64,000 nt of DNA from Octopus sinensis. Lineage: Eukaryota. Position numbers and translations under genes: made by a program. Numbering within the stretch: position 1 is the first letter of the stretch; the number at the start of each line of letters is the position of its first letter. This document shows, piece by piece, positions 13,001-23,569 of this stretch. The DNA lies in contig NC_043001.1 of the NCBI RefSeq assembly GCF_006345805.1, positions 26,474,001-26,538,000 of the forward strand. Direction: 5' to 3'. The notes beneath the pieces are model-generated. The model was not told where the DNA came from. It was given only the letters and a program-made list of their open reading frames with translations, and ran no database searches.

Positions 13001-16000
13001 GTCTGATGACTTTTAACTGTTTTTATTCATAGTAAAATATTAATATGTGATCTGAGTCAAAAGGCTGAGATCAATAATTTGTAAATGTGACGGAGCATGC
13101 TGTCCACAGAGAAGTGGTTAAGTCACAAAGGCACACAAGTACATAGGTAAGCGTGCTAGCGATAATTATGGATTTTTCATTGTTCTACTCAACAGCTGAA
13201 TAGTAGTTATAAAAATGTAATTAATAAACAATTATAGGTGCAGATGTGGCTATGTGGTTGAGAAACTTGTTTCCCAAACATGTTGTCGTTTGTCCAGTCC
13301 CACTGCACAGCACTTTGAGCAAGTGTCTTCTACTTAAGCTCCAGGCTGAGTAAAGCCTTGGGAGTGGATTTGGTAGGTAGATTATGTATATATGTCCGTG
13401 TGTGTCCTTGTGATGGTTGCAAATGAATATCCCTGTCATACAAGTGGTGTTGTTCATTTCCAAAATATTATTTTGCGTGCGTGGAAACATGTGAGAGTAG
13501 ATGACCAGGGCATCCAGTTGTTGAAAAAAATCTACCTCATCAAATTCTATCCGACCCATGCAAGCATGAAAAAGTGGACATTCATAATGATACTTTCTTT
13601 AAAAATATTAAGTTTCATAAAGATTTCCTTGATTTCATCATTATTTAATCTTCTTACTACCTCTCTACACATTGGTAATTATCACATAATTGTATTTATA
13701 TACAGATCCATACTTTTTCTATATATAATTCAATTAAGTAATTTTAATTCTCATTTCAATGACTTGACTAATTGACTTTGTTTTGCTAATAAATTAGGTA
13801 GTTAAAAGTTTATTTAACTTGGTAATTCTTACCAATCTTTCAGTGAATATAAAACTCTCTGTTCTCAGTTGTAATACTAAAAGAGATATACTATTTCCTT
13901 GCTTTTCAATTTATCTTTTTGATTATGAATTTACTTGTATAGCTAATTAGATGAATGAAAATTTGAATCTATCTTCACAGATATTTCCAATTTCTTTTTG
14001 TTGACTTAATATTTCAGACGAATAAAAATTTTCCAAAATAGGCTGTCCATATGTAAAGAATATCCAATGATGGGTAACTAACTTGTTGGCAATTGATTGT
14101 TAAACGATATATTCATGGTCAAAATATTTACACACACATATATAGTGCATAGAAGGGATTATGATCTAAGTTGTGTCCTTGTGAAACACATCTACACATT
14201 CCAGTAACCAAATGTATACAACTGTTATGAATTTATCATTTTATCAATATTTATATTCTTAATGTATTTACTATATTGTAATGAAACGTGTGACATGGAA
14301 TTAAAAATATACCAAATTTTCCAGTCTTTGTTTTAATACATATGTCTCTTATGATACTAAGTTTCACCAGGGAATGTACAGTGTATTCAGGCAAATTATG
14401 ACATAACTTGACTGAAGACCCTGTACATCCATAGGAGAAACTCATGGTAGCAAGTGACTGACTTGACCAAAATAAAATATATTATTAATCTCTACCATGG
14501 TATCAAGTTCTCTTTATCTGACAGACAACACTAAATGGATTTATATATATATAAAATTTATAGAAAAACAAAAGACAAAGACAAGTGTATGAACAACAAG
14601 CAAGTGAATTAGTTTAACACTTTGGAAAATGAAGAAGTCTTTTACGTTTCAACCCTATGCACTTCAACAGAAAGGAATAAGAGAAAATGAAAAAAACTTG
14701 TAGATTTCAGTGGTCCAGCATATATAAAGAAGACAAGCTACAAAATAATATACAACAGCACACAAGAAAACTATAGACATTTAGAAATTATAGTTATAAA
14801 CAATTAAGAATTATTGTTTGTTAGAAATGATTAACAACAGCTGGTATAGACAGACACTTCACAGATAAGATGGTAAATGATTAGACAATTTGCAGATGCT
14901 GATAAATACATGCTGTTATAGAAAAAGAAATGACAAGAGGATATAAGGTATGAAGAGATTCACAGTGACTGGAATAGAATATAGCTGAAACCAGCCATTA
15001 GTATGAAGAGCAGTGTACATTACTCTCCTAGATGAAAATAGTAATAAATTGAAAATGTTGCACCTGAAATTCTCTGATACAGAAAAATACTTTTGAAGCA
15101 TGCTACTCATGTATATTGTTGGATACCTCATCAATTGCTGTTTTTCAGCTTTTTAGTATTAATCATCTTTAGAGCTTTTAATTATTTTGGAGTATGATAA
15201 TTACAAGACTATTGATCACTTAATTCAAGACAACCAGCTTTGTGCTGAGTCCCTGAGAAATATATGTACAACACTACTTGTCTCACTATACCTGTCAGAA
15301 TAATGGTTTTCTATCCTATTCATTGTTCAGTAATTAAAGGTGAGAAGAGCTGCTAGAGTAAATAATTGCTCCAAGTATAAAATTCGTCTTTCTTGAAACT
15401 GGTGCTGACTAGTAAGCTCAGCTTACAACTGAACAACTGACACACTAGCAACTTGTTTGATTTATGGTTGAAACTTTAATTTCAAATTTACAACACATCT
15501 TTTGATCACTGTGTAGCTTGACCTACCATTTTTCTCAACAAATACTAGGCTTTATAATATATAATCTTTTATAGTGATCATAAATTATAAGGATTAAGCT
15601 TCCTCTTTAGAGCTGTGCTATAAATCAGTCATACACAAAAAGCAGATTTGTCTCGCACTCAAATCCTGCTTTCAAATCATTATTGTTTAACATCCCTTTT
15701 CTGTGCTGGCATAAGTTGTATGGTTCAACAGGAACTGTCAAGCAAGAGGACTGCAGCAAGCCCCAGTGTCTGCTTTAGTATGGTTTCAACAGCTGAATGC
15801 CTTTCCTAACACAAACCATTTTATCAAGTATACTTGCTGGCACATCCTCCTTTTATCACTCCCATTATTGTGTATGAAACACTTCACCAAATGTTTCTTC
15901 ACTAAAACTACTAGAACTATAATTCCGTTTCATTCCTGTTTTCTTTTTGACCAACGCTGCCTTGACCGGCAGCACGTAAAAAGCACCAACCAATCGTGGC

Positions 16001-18627
16001 CATTGCCAGCCTCCTCTGGCTCCTGTGCCGGTGGCACGTAAAAAGCACCCACTACACTCACAGAATGGTTGGCTTTAGAAAGGGTATCCAGCTGTAGAAA
16101 CACTGCCAGATCAGACTGGAGCCTGGTGCAGCCTCCTGGCTTCCAAGACCCCGGTCGAACCGTCCAACCCATGCTAGCATGGAAAACGGACGTTAAACGA
16201 TGTTGATGATGATGATGAACTTACTTGAAACTAAAGAAACTTAATTAAAATCTGACAAATTAAGAGGAAAGCATCAAAAATGTAAATGAAAAATTCAAAA
16301 GACATTTGTCCCTAAGTTTCAGATTTAGGGCTGTCAGTCAGTATGAAACAGTCATGGACAACTAGTGGCCTGTAGGACTTTCTGCATGGCATACACAATG
16401 AAATATTAACTTGGTTTCGTTTTTAGTAGTGTGGCTACCTGATGATGACCTATGTCTCATGTGGCCCATGTCTGCTATAAATTTAACAATAAATTTTAAA
16501 ACATATGGATAAAAACTGGCAGTTTTATTATGCATGTAAAATGGTCTTCCTTATTTTATTTAAAATCAAGATTAGGAAAATGAAATCCAAACTAAAAATA
16601 AGCCAGAGTTAACTCTAAAATTAAGTGACAACTCATAAGAAAAAGCATACTTGTCATAGATTTTATTCATTGCTATTATATCTCTGTAACAGAGATATAT
16701 TATAAAATAATAAAGAATGTATGCATAATATTGAATAATTTTGTTAGTTTAAAACTTTATGCATGTCAAGAAAATTATTTTCTTCATCTTACATAACACT
16801 GAAGTAGTTGATTTAAACATATGGATAAAATGAAAAGGAAATCTCTTTATGATAAAAACACCTGTGAAAGTGTGTGTGTCAGCACTAAACTTGCCCATGT
16901 CTAGATTCAAATTGAACCCAAGCCTTTTTAAATACCATCTAACATACTTGAAGAAAAATAGAATATGAAACAAAAAATGGTTTAATTTATTAACTTTTCA
17001 ATTGTTCACTGTGTTTACTGTTTTAAAGCTGCAATTTCTATTTGTCATAAAACAACAGATTATATGGATAACATTTATTTTAAATACTAAGGGAAATTAA
17101 GTACAGTTAAATAAAACTACCAAATACAGAGGCCGTCTCATATTGATTTCTAACAGAGGAACAAAAGTCACATTTTTTTCAAGGAGTATTAAACAGTGAG
17201 ATCGATTTCAGTACTTGACATATTTTATCGACCCTGAATAGATGAATGGTAAAATAGACCCCAGTAGGGTTTGTACTCACAGCATAAAAAGACCTAATTA
17301 AATAATACTGCAAGGTCATTTTATCCGGAATTTTACTGATTCTGCCGTATGCCACCCCGAAGGCTGTGTAAAATATCTTATATCGGCTTAGCAGGAGTAG
17401 GAGTAAATTAATTCAACACCGGTATGAGTAGGAGTAGAGTAAATTAATTCAATACCAATAAACAACTGGTACATATTTATCGATTGCGGAGAGATGAAAG
17501 ACAAAGACTTCCCCTCGTATCTTCCATACATCAGAATTCTGATGTATGGAACTAAATAATACAAAGAGTGTGCTCTAGCGCTTTAAAATTTCTGAGTCTC
17601 CATCGCTATAATATTTTTTACAGTGGCACTAAGTCACATATTTGGAGTGGAGACGGAGTAGTCGATTCAATTGATTCTTGTGTTTAGTCACTTCGGCGGA
17701 ATTTGAACTCAGAACACAATGTAATCAAAATAAAAATGCAAGACATTTTGTCTACTGCTTCTACAGATTCGGCTAACCACCATCCTCCCTTGTCACATTT
17801 CGATAAAACCTAAAACCAGACGCTTATTGTTCATTAGCACTATCCGAAAGATTTTTTACAAAAATGAAAAGAAATCTAAGAGAACAAAATTTAAACATTA
17901 AAAAAAATACTGAAAAGTGTAACAAAATCGAATATTTAAATACAACAGAACTTCAAAATATATAGTTAGATATCAAATTAAATTACTTTTACTCTGTTGG
18001 ATTGTAAAGACTGTCAGATTACACTTTCCACGTGTTAGTAAATAGGTACGAGATAACAGATAACATATGGATAACACCCTGTTTTAAAACGAGATTAATT
18101 TCGGATCAAAGGGAATTTCTGAAGCCATGCTGGTTAGGACAGTTGGATCGATGTTATACATTTCTAAATCTGGATAAAGAACGATGAAATTAGCTGAAAA
18201 ATTGCATAGCAGCAGATGAACGTCGATGCATAAATGAGCCAAAGTGCACGAGAGCTAAACATGATGTGTCATACGTAACTGACACGTATCTGGACATTAA
18301 AGCAACGAAAACACAATCGGCAGGTTTCGATTTCGAATTACAACTAGTCTGTAGTAAAAGTACAATGAAATGTAAAAATATTTTCATAAAAAATATTCCT
18401 AATGAATAAGAAAATGGTGCAAAATTCGAACCATTTCTGATGAGTGATAAGTAAGTACTAGTCTGGATGACATTAGCATTATGAACAAACAACACATAAC
18501 GAAAAAAGATCAAGTAAATGATTATACTTTCAAGTGTAAAACTTGTTGAAGCCGATATATGATGATCCTTTCTCGATTCCGAATGTTCGTGTGAAGCATC
18601 GCCAGCCGCATTACTTGATTGAGCCAT
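944..18627 (-). CDS. SRP68: Signal recognition particle subunit SRP68 (spliced gene, 3'-partial); join of 18627-18528, 12222-12156, 10204-10091, 8658-8463, 6857-6588, 6003-5764, 3896-3675, 2399-2305, 1088-944
   Basis: Exons translate into one open frame of 483 codons with recognisable SRP68 motifs ([87 protein letters not shown]). All introns are GT-AG with matching phases. C-terminal exons were not found and presumably lie left of position 1. Confidence 0.96.
2305..2399 (-). CDS. SRP68: SRP68 coding exon 8 (NLNEIFNLAGIEDD...FKSFR, 95 nt)
   Basis: ctcttag acceptor, gtaagt donor; matches the NL.E...L.G.E.D...FKAYR region of SRP68. Confidence 0.92.
3675..3896 (-). CDS. SRP68: SRP68 coding exon 7 (NFKAALRG...LYDIIIQ, 222 nt)
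   Basis: ctgtatag acceptor (an in-frame alternative AG lies 9 nt downstream), gttggt donor. Confidence 0.93.
5764..6003 (-). CDS. SRP68: SRP68 coding exon 6 (QLLSQTREKQAA...LQDDQ, 240 nt)
   Basis: tttcag acceptor, gtaatt donor; inside ORF 5701..6033. Confidence 0.95.
6588..6857 (-). CDS. SRP68: SRP68 coding exon 5 (GYQAWMKG...AHLD, 270 nt)
   Basis: ttttag acceptor, gttagt donor; overlaps ORF 6561..6842. Confidence 0.95.
8081..8280 (-). mobile_element. RTE-LINE 3' tail / tail-derived short retroposon
   Basis: Reverse complement of the consensus gtggttggcgttaggaagggcatccagctgtagaaa...catgctagcatggaaa.cggacgttaaa(gat)n. Confidence 0.85.
8463..8658 (-). CDS. SRP68: SRP68 coding exon 4 (YLHLPLFAAERAW...KLEAQ, 196 nt)
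   Basis: ttccag acceptor, gtgtgt donor; lies inside ORF 8433..8690. Confidence 0.96.
8730..9080 (-). mobile_element. tRNA-derived SINE, family A (related copies near 1720, 11640, 13230, 38930, 45400, 52010, 56305, 62410, 63510)
   Basis: Head gtggtaagtagcttgcttacc...ggttcagtcccactgcgtggc.cttgggcaagtgtcttctactatagc, internal (TG)n tract, shared tail. Confidence 0.8.
9580..9869 (+). mobile_element. RTE-LINE 3' tail element
   Basis: Same consensus with gat-rich tail. Confidence 0.85.
10091..10204 (-). CDS. SRP68: SRP68 coding exon 3 (SYCSRRLRRIRKSLHF...MLVDIR, 114 nt)
   Basis: tttacag acceptor, gtaaat donor, phase 2-2, conserved YCSRR motif. Confidence 0.95.
10387..10725 (+). mobile_element. 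RTE-LINE 3' tail element with 3 internal ~59-bp tandem units
   Basis: Repeated gccagcctcgtctggcacctgtgtcggtggcacataaaaa unit, then consensus tail. Confidence 0.85.
11288..11645 (+). mobile_element. RTE-LINE 3' tail element with internal tandem units
   Basis: Consensus tail ending (gat)n. Confidence 0.85.
12156..12222 (-). CDS. SRP68: SRP68 coding exon 2 ([22 protein letters not shown], 67 nt)
   Basis: ttcag acceptor, gtaaaa donor, highly conserved peptide; too short for the ORF track. Confidence 0.95.
12560..12840 (+). mobile_element. CR1/L2-like LINE 3' end (second copy 34690-35030, minus strand)
   Basis: Two copies in opposite orientation; the 34.9-kb copy reads RKHFFTLRVAEAWNRLPASVV...SFKTSMLPEIRQHYT*, typical of CR1 RT C-termini; (att)n tail. 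Confidence 0.7.
15950..16217 (+). mobile_element. RTE-LINE 3' tail element
   Basis: Consensus tail ending (gat)n. Confidence 0.85.
18528..18627 (-). CDS. SRP68: SRP68 coding exon 1 (MAQSS...SFTLE, 100 nt)
   Basis: ATG at 18627; ends GAA A|gtataa; phase 1 joins exon 2 to give the conserved LEILQIIKE. Confidence 0.85.
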
Positions 18628-18778
18628 ATTGAATGTCTTATTTGATGATCAGCGCCGCCTACCATACTTTAGAGAGTTATCTCCTCTTGCATATTCTTTG
18701 GAAATCAATGTTAAATCGCAATGGCAGAATAGTTAAGTGTTAGATTCTTGGAAGAAGAGTTGTAAGTTCGTATTTCGT

Positions 18779-19087
18779 ATCTTTTCGCTTTGACCGGCAG
18801 ATTTTTTAAATAATTTCTTTGTAACTAAACACTTTTAAACTTCGTATACTGGTAGAATGTGTTACATAAAGCATCTTTTTCTCTTGGCTTTCTTGAGAAA
18901 ATTCTGTAGTTTGTAAGCTATTTGTTGTTTAATTTCTTGCATTTCGGCAATTTCAACCAATCAATGACGTCTATTGAGGTGAATACAATTTCTGCCGTAG
19001 TTTGTCAACACTACCAGCATACGAAGTTTAAAAGTGTTTAGTTACAAAGAAATTATTTTAAAAATCTACCGGTCAAAGCGAAAAGAT
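18779..19087. mobile_element. MITE with 77-bp terminal inverted repeats
   Basis: 18779-18855 pairs with 19011-19087 with 3 mismatches. Confidence 0.8.
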
Positions 19088-19803
19088 CCTGTATTTCTAT
19101 GCCCTCTGACAAACATCTCTTGTAACCTGTAGACTGGTTGTATAGCTGAGTGTTTGTGTGTATAGAAAGTATTTGAGAGATATGTTACTGAGTTCAACAC
19201 AAACACAAAAACTAAACTGTATTAATATTGATTTTTTTTTTTTTACCCCGCTGCAAATTTCTAGGGAAAAAGTATAGTCAATTGAATCGATTCTTGCACA
19301 TACTGTTATCAATTTTATTAACTCCAGAAAGAGGTAAGATGAAGTTTTCCTCAGTGGAATACAGAATGCTGAGGTTAAATTCTATAACACATTTAGCCAA
19401 AGGCTGTATAGAAATTAAAGGTACCAGATATAACAGTAGTAATTATACACATACATACATGATATCTGTCCATTCGTGGCTGATGAAGACCATAACTGAC
19501 CATTGCCTACGTTAAGTGTCAGCAATGCCCTTGTATGAGGTTATTTCATCTATTGTCAGCTTCACCCAGGTTTGCGCCCATGACATCAATGCTTGGTGTG
19601 GGGCCCTCCTACTTGACCAGGCATTGGAAAGTCAGTGATTGCACACCCTAAAATTTTAGGTTCAATAAGGCTTTTACAACACCTCACAGATCCTCTCCAC
19701 CCTATTGACATGATTTCATTTAAGCATACAATTTCTATGATTTTACAAAATTTTGTATACAAATTTAAATATTTTCAGTCCCTCAATTTCAGTTAAGCAT
19801 TGT

Positions 19804-19980
19804 CTTAACCCTGACCTTCAAACACTCATTCTAAGTGCTTACACCAAACCCTAACCTTAAATCCTAAATGTAAGGCCTTATCTAAAAAAACTCTAACCAT
19901 CAGCTGATCTCTAAATCCTAAACCCTAATAGTGACCAAAATCCTATTCCTAAATCCTAATGCCAATCCCTGATCCTAAGA
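19804..19980. repeat. Degenerate telomere-like (CCCTAA/CCTAA) tract
   Basis: About ten imperfect cctaa-type units, e.g. aaaccctaaccttaaatcctaa and ctaaatcctaaaccctaa. Confidence 0.5.
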
Positions 19981-20600
19981 TTACTTTTTGTGTAGATTAG
20001 TAATCTGCTTCATTTAAAGCATACACTTTTGGGGAAAAAAATTGAAATTGAACATGTACCAACAGACATGTACTTTCAAATAAATGGAACAAAAATGATA
20101 GACACTTGCAATTTGGAAAAACCAAAATATATAAAATATGAAGAAAATTTTAGAAAAAGATATGGAAGTTATGTGGGACATTTATCAATATTTTGTGAAG
20201 CCATATTAAAGCGCCAGATATACTTAAGTTGTACTATTACACCAACATTGAACACTTAGGTTTTTGCAGAGAATAACTGAGGATCTTTTTTTCAGTATGT
20301 CTTTGATGTGACACTCCAGGTGTTTTCAGTCTGTTGTTGAGAAACTCACTGGATATATCAGTACACAATTTCAAAGACTGCAGCTGTTGATTCATCATGT
20401 CTTTAGTTTGGTCACAGGTATTTCAGGTAGTAAATAGTAAATATGCATGTTAATAGAGAGAGGGGGGAGAGGAGGGAGAGAGAGAGGTTAGGTGGTACAA
20501 ATAGTAGAAATATATCTCAGAACATAAAAGCACAGTACAACACACACATTATTTAACTGTAGTGCTACATAAGTCAAACACACACACGCAGAAAAAAATA

Positions 20601-21054
20601 TTTGCCAACATAATGTGGCAGTCCCGGTTGGGACGAATGTTACTGTAGCTTATCCCCAGGAAACATTATCTCCAGCTGGCTATATGACACACTATCTGTG
20701 TCCTTATATTTTCGAACAGGGGAGTTTAGTATCCCCACTCAACACAAAGCAATATCTGTGAACTGCAGTTTCTGGGTTATTTCACTTCCTCTGCACAGAA
20801 TAACTTCTAAATTTGAACAGGAATTTAGCAGCGCCATCTCTAGCCAAGCAGTTATTCTGTGTGGAGGAAGAGAAATAACCCAGAAACTGCGGTCCACAGA
20901 TATTGCTTTGTGCTGAGTGGGGATGCTAAACTCCCCTGTTTGAAAATATAAGGACACAGATAGTGTGTTGTATAGCCGGCTGGAGATGATGTTTCCTGGG
21001 GCTAAATAATAGTAACATTCGTCCCGACTGGGACTGTCACATTATGTTGGCAAA
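20601..21054. mobile_element. Foldback MITE: 204-bp arms, 46-bp spacer, TA flanks
   Basis: 20601-20804 is about 90% identical to the reverse complement of 20851-21054; TA on both sides suggests a Tc1/mariner-type TSD; related fragments near 6250-6330 and 27145-27250. Confidence 0.8.
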
Positions 21055-21156
21055 TAGTCTTTACTTTAGAGTACTGTTACTGAATGTCATTGAGAGATTT
21101 AGAAATAATGTTTCTATTTATATATGTATGTATATATATATATATATATATATATA

Positions 21157-22162
21157 ACTCAAGAAAATGGACAGGACCCTTCCCACATCAGGTAAATGGC
21201 CCTGCTTGATATGTAGAAAAGGTGTAGGCAGGAATTCTATATGGGGTACCAAGTGCAAGCTATGGACACGCAATAGGTACAATGGAATAATAGGATGGTT
21301 ATCAGAAGGTTATAGTATTTGTATGTGAAAGATGCACAGGAAACATAAAACTACAGATACTTGGGAAATTGATTTTCTCAAATGCTCCAGAGGCTCTTTA
21401 GAGGTAGTGGATAATTTCTGCTCCCTGAGGGATCTAATTAGCTGTAGGGGAAGATGTATGAAAAGTGTAATCATTAGAATAAGAACAAAATGGAGAAAAT
21501 TCAGAGAGCTTTTACCTCTGCTGGCAACCAAATTCATTCTCTTTGAATGAAAGGAAGATGGTATGATGTATGTATACAAATAGCAATGCTACATGGTAGT
21601 GAAATGTAGTCCCTGTATGCAGAAGACATGTGAACGCTAGAGAGGAATGAAGCTGGATCTGCAATGTCAGTGTACATGTGTGACAGAGTGCTGGTGTATT
21701 AAGGGAAAAGTTGGGCATAAGTGGAATTAGATGCAGTATGCAAGAGAGGACTGCACAGGTTTGGTCATGTGATGTGTATGAATGTACACAGTTGTATACA
21801 GAAGTGCTGATCACTTAAAGAGAATGGAACTTGTGGAAGAAGGAGCCCCAGAAAAACATGGGATGATGTATTGAAGGCTGATCTCAAGACACTAAGCCTT
21901 ATAAAGGAAATGACTAAGGACTGAGATGTCTGGTGTGCTGCTGTACTCAAGAAAACCCATCCTCCACAGCAGAATTGATACCAGAGCTGGTGCCACATTA
22001 AAAGCACCCAGTGAACAGTGGAGTTGTTGGCATTAGGAAGGGCATCCAGCCATAGAAACTATGCCAGAACAGAAAATGGATCCTGTTGTGGTCCTTGGCT
22101 TAACCAGCTCAAACTGTCCAACCTATGCTATGGAAAATGAATGTTAAATGATGATAATGATA
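21157..22162 (+). mobile_element. 5'-truncated, decayed RTE-clade LINE (RT C-terminal region plus 3' UTR)
   Basis: Degenerate WPC.ICRKGVGRNSI, LEVVDNF, KFRELLPLL, RPRKTW motifs running directly into the ttaggaagggcatccag...(gat)n tail; (TA)n at both ends. Confidence 0.85.
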
Positions 22163-22650
22163 ATATATATATATATATATATATAAATATCTTATAAGCA
22201 AGGGCTAAAGAAAGTTTTTCTAAAGCCAATATACTGAAATCCACGTTTAATCTACTTGCTACAGAAAGTTGAACTGAAATTCGGGCAACTATACCTTTGG
22301 AACATTTAAATTTCGTTATCTCAATATTGAATCAATTTCAGAATTAAAACCATGAGTGTTTGTTCGTCTTCAGTTAAGCTTACGAGAGAATATAAGTGAG
22401 ATACTCACACGTGCCCCTGGAAAACAGCGGAAGCGAATAACACAAGCACATCTGAGTAACCCCGTTATATCCAAAAATAAAGGTTCTTAGGTTAAGTCTC
22501 AGAACAACCTGTTGACTTGCCACCGCTACATATTGTAGTAGTTACAAGTCCCCCTGCAGCAAGCAGTAATTAGTTTACTACTATTAAAAGGGATGTAGCC
22601 TTTTTCTCTACAGAAAAAACTCCAAAAAGGCTACATCCCTTTTAATAGTA

Positions 22651-22695
<45 letters not shown>

Positions 22696-22699
<4 letters not shown>

Positions 22700-23035
22700 G
22701 TAGATGACTGCTCGATCTGGAGAAAAGGTGTAGGTAGAAACTCCATAAGGTGTACCCAGTGTAAGCTATGGATGCATAAGAGGTGCAGCAACATCAGAGG
22801 TAGGTTAACTGGGAAGATAGCTTTTGTGTACGGCAGATGCACAGAGGCAATAAACACCACAGATGCTCAGAAAACTGATTCCATCACATGCTAGGGGGAG
22901 AAACTAGAAATAGTTGATAGCTTCCGCTATCAAGGTGACTAAGTCTGCAGTGGGGATGGATGCTTGGAGAATGTTGCCATAAGAATAAGGATAGCCTGGG
23001 CAAAGTTCAGAAAGCTATCTCTACTTTATAATTCC
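22696..23035 (+). mobile_element. Second RTE LINE fragment (same RT C-terminal region)
   Basis: RKGVGRNSIRCTQCKLWMHKRCSNIRGRLTGK...EKLEIVDSFRY...IRIAWAKFRKL with stops. Confidence 0.8.
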
Positions 23036-23249
23036 CAAAGTGCAATGCAATAGTATGTTGTTTATGCTACTGACTGCTAATTTTTGGTGCCAATATTGCT
23101 CTTTGACGTAAGTATGGTTTTATTGGTGGTTTTGAAATTTGGAAATATTTTTGCTATTATTAGTTCATCCGCTGATGAAACTAATGCACTAATTAGAAAT
23201 GTATCTAGACAATTATTTCTATCAAGAGTTACCCAGCCTCCAACCCCCC

Positions 23250-23560
23250 TCGTTTAACGTCCGTTTTCCATGCTAGCATGGGTTGGACGGTTCAACTGGG
23301 ATCTGGGAAGCCAGAAGGCTGCACCAGGCTCCAGTCTGATCTGGCAGTGTTTCTACAGCTGGATGCCCTTCCTAATGCCAACCACTCCGTGAGTGTAGTG
23401 GGTGCTTTTTACGTGCCACTGGCACAGGTGCCAGGTGAGGCTGGCAACGGCCACGATCAGTTGGTGCTTTTTACGTGCCACCGGCACGGAAGCCAGTCAA
23501 GGCAGCGCTGGCATCGGCCATGTTCGGATGGTGCTTTTTATGTGCCACCGGCACAGGGAT
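23250..23560 (-). mobile_element. RTE-LINE 3' tail element
   Basis: Reverse-oriented consensus. Confidence 0.85.
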
Positions 23561-23569
23561 CCTAGTTTT

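Noticed and set aside
18190-18527. 145-aa ORF as a single-exon protein
   Set aside because: Only the first 33 codons are coding; the rest is read-through into SRP68 intron 1 after the gt donor at 18527.
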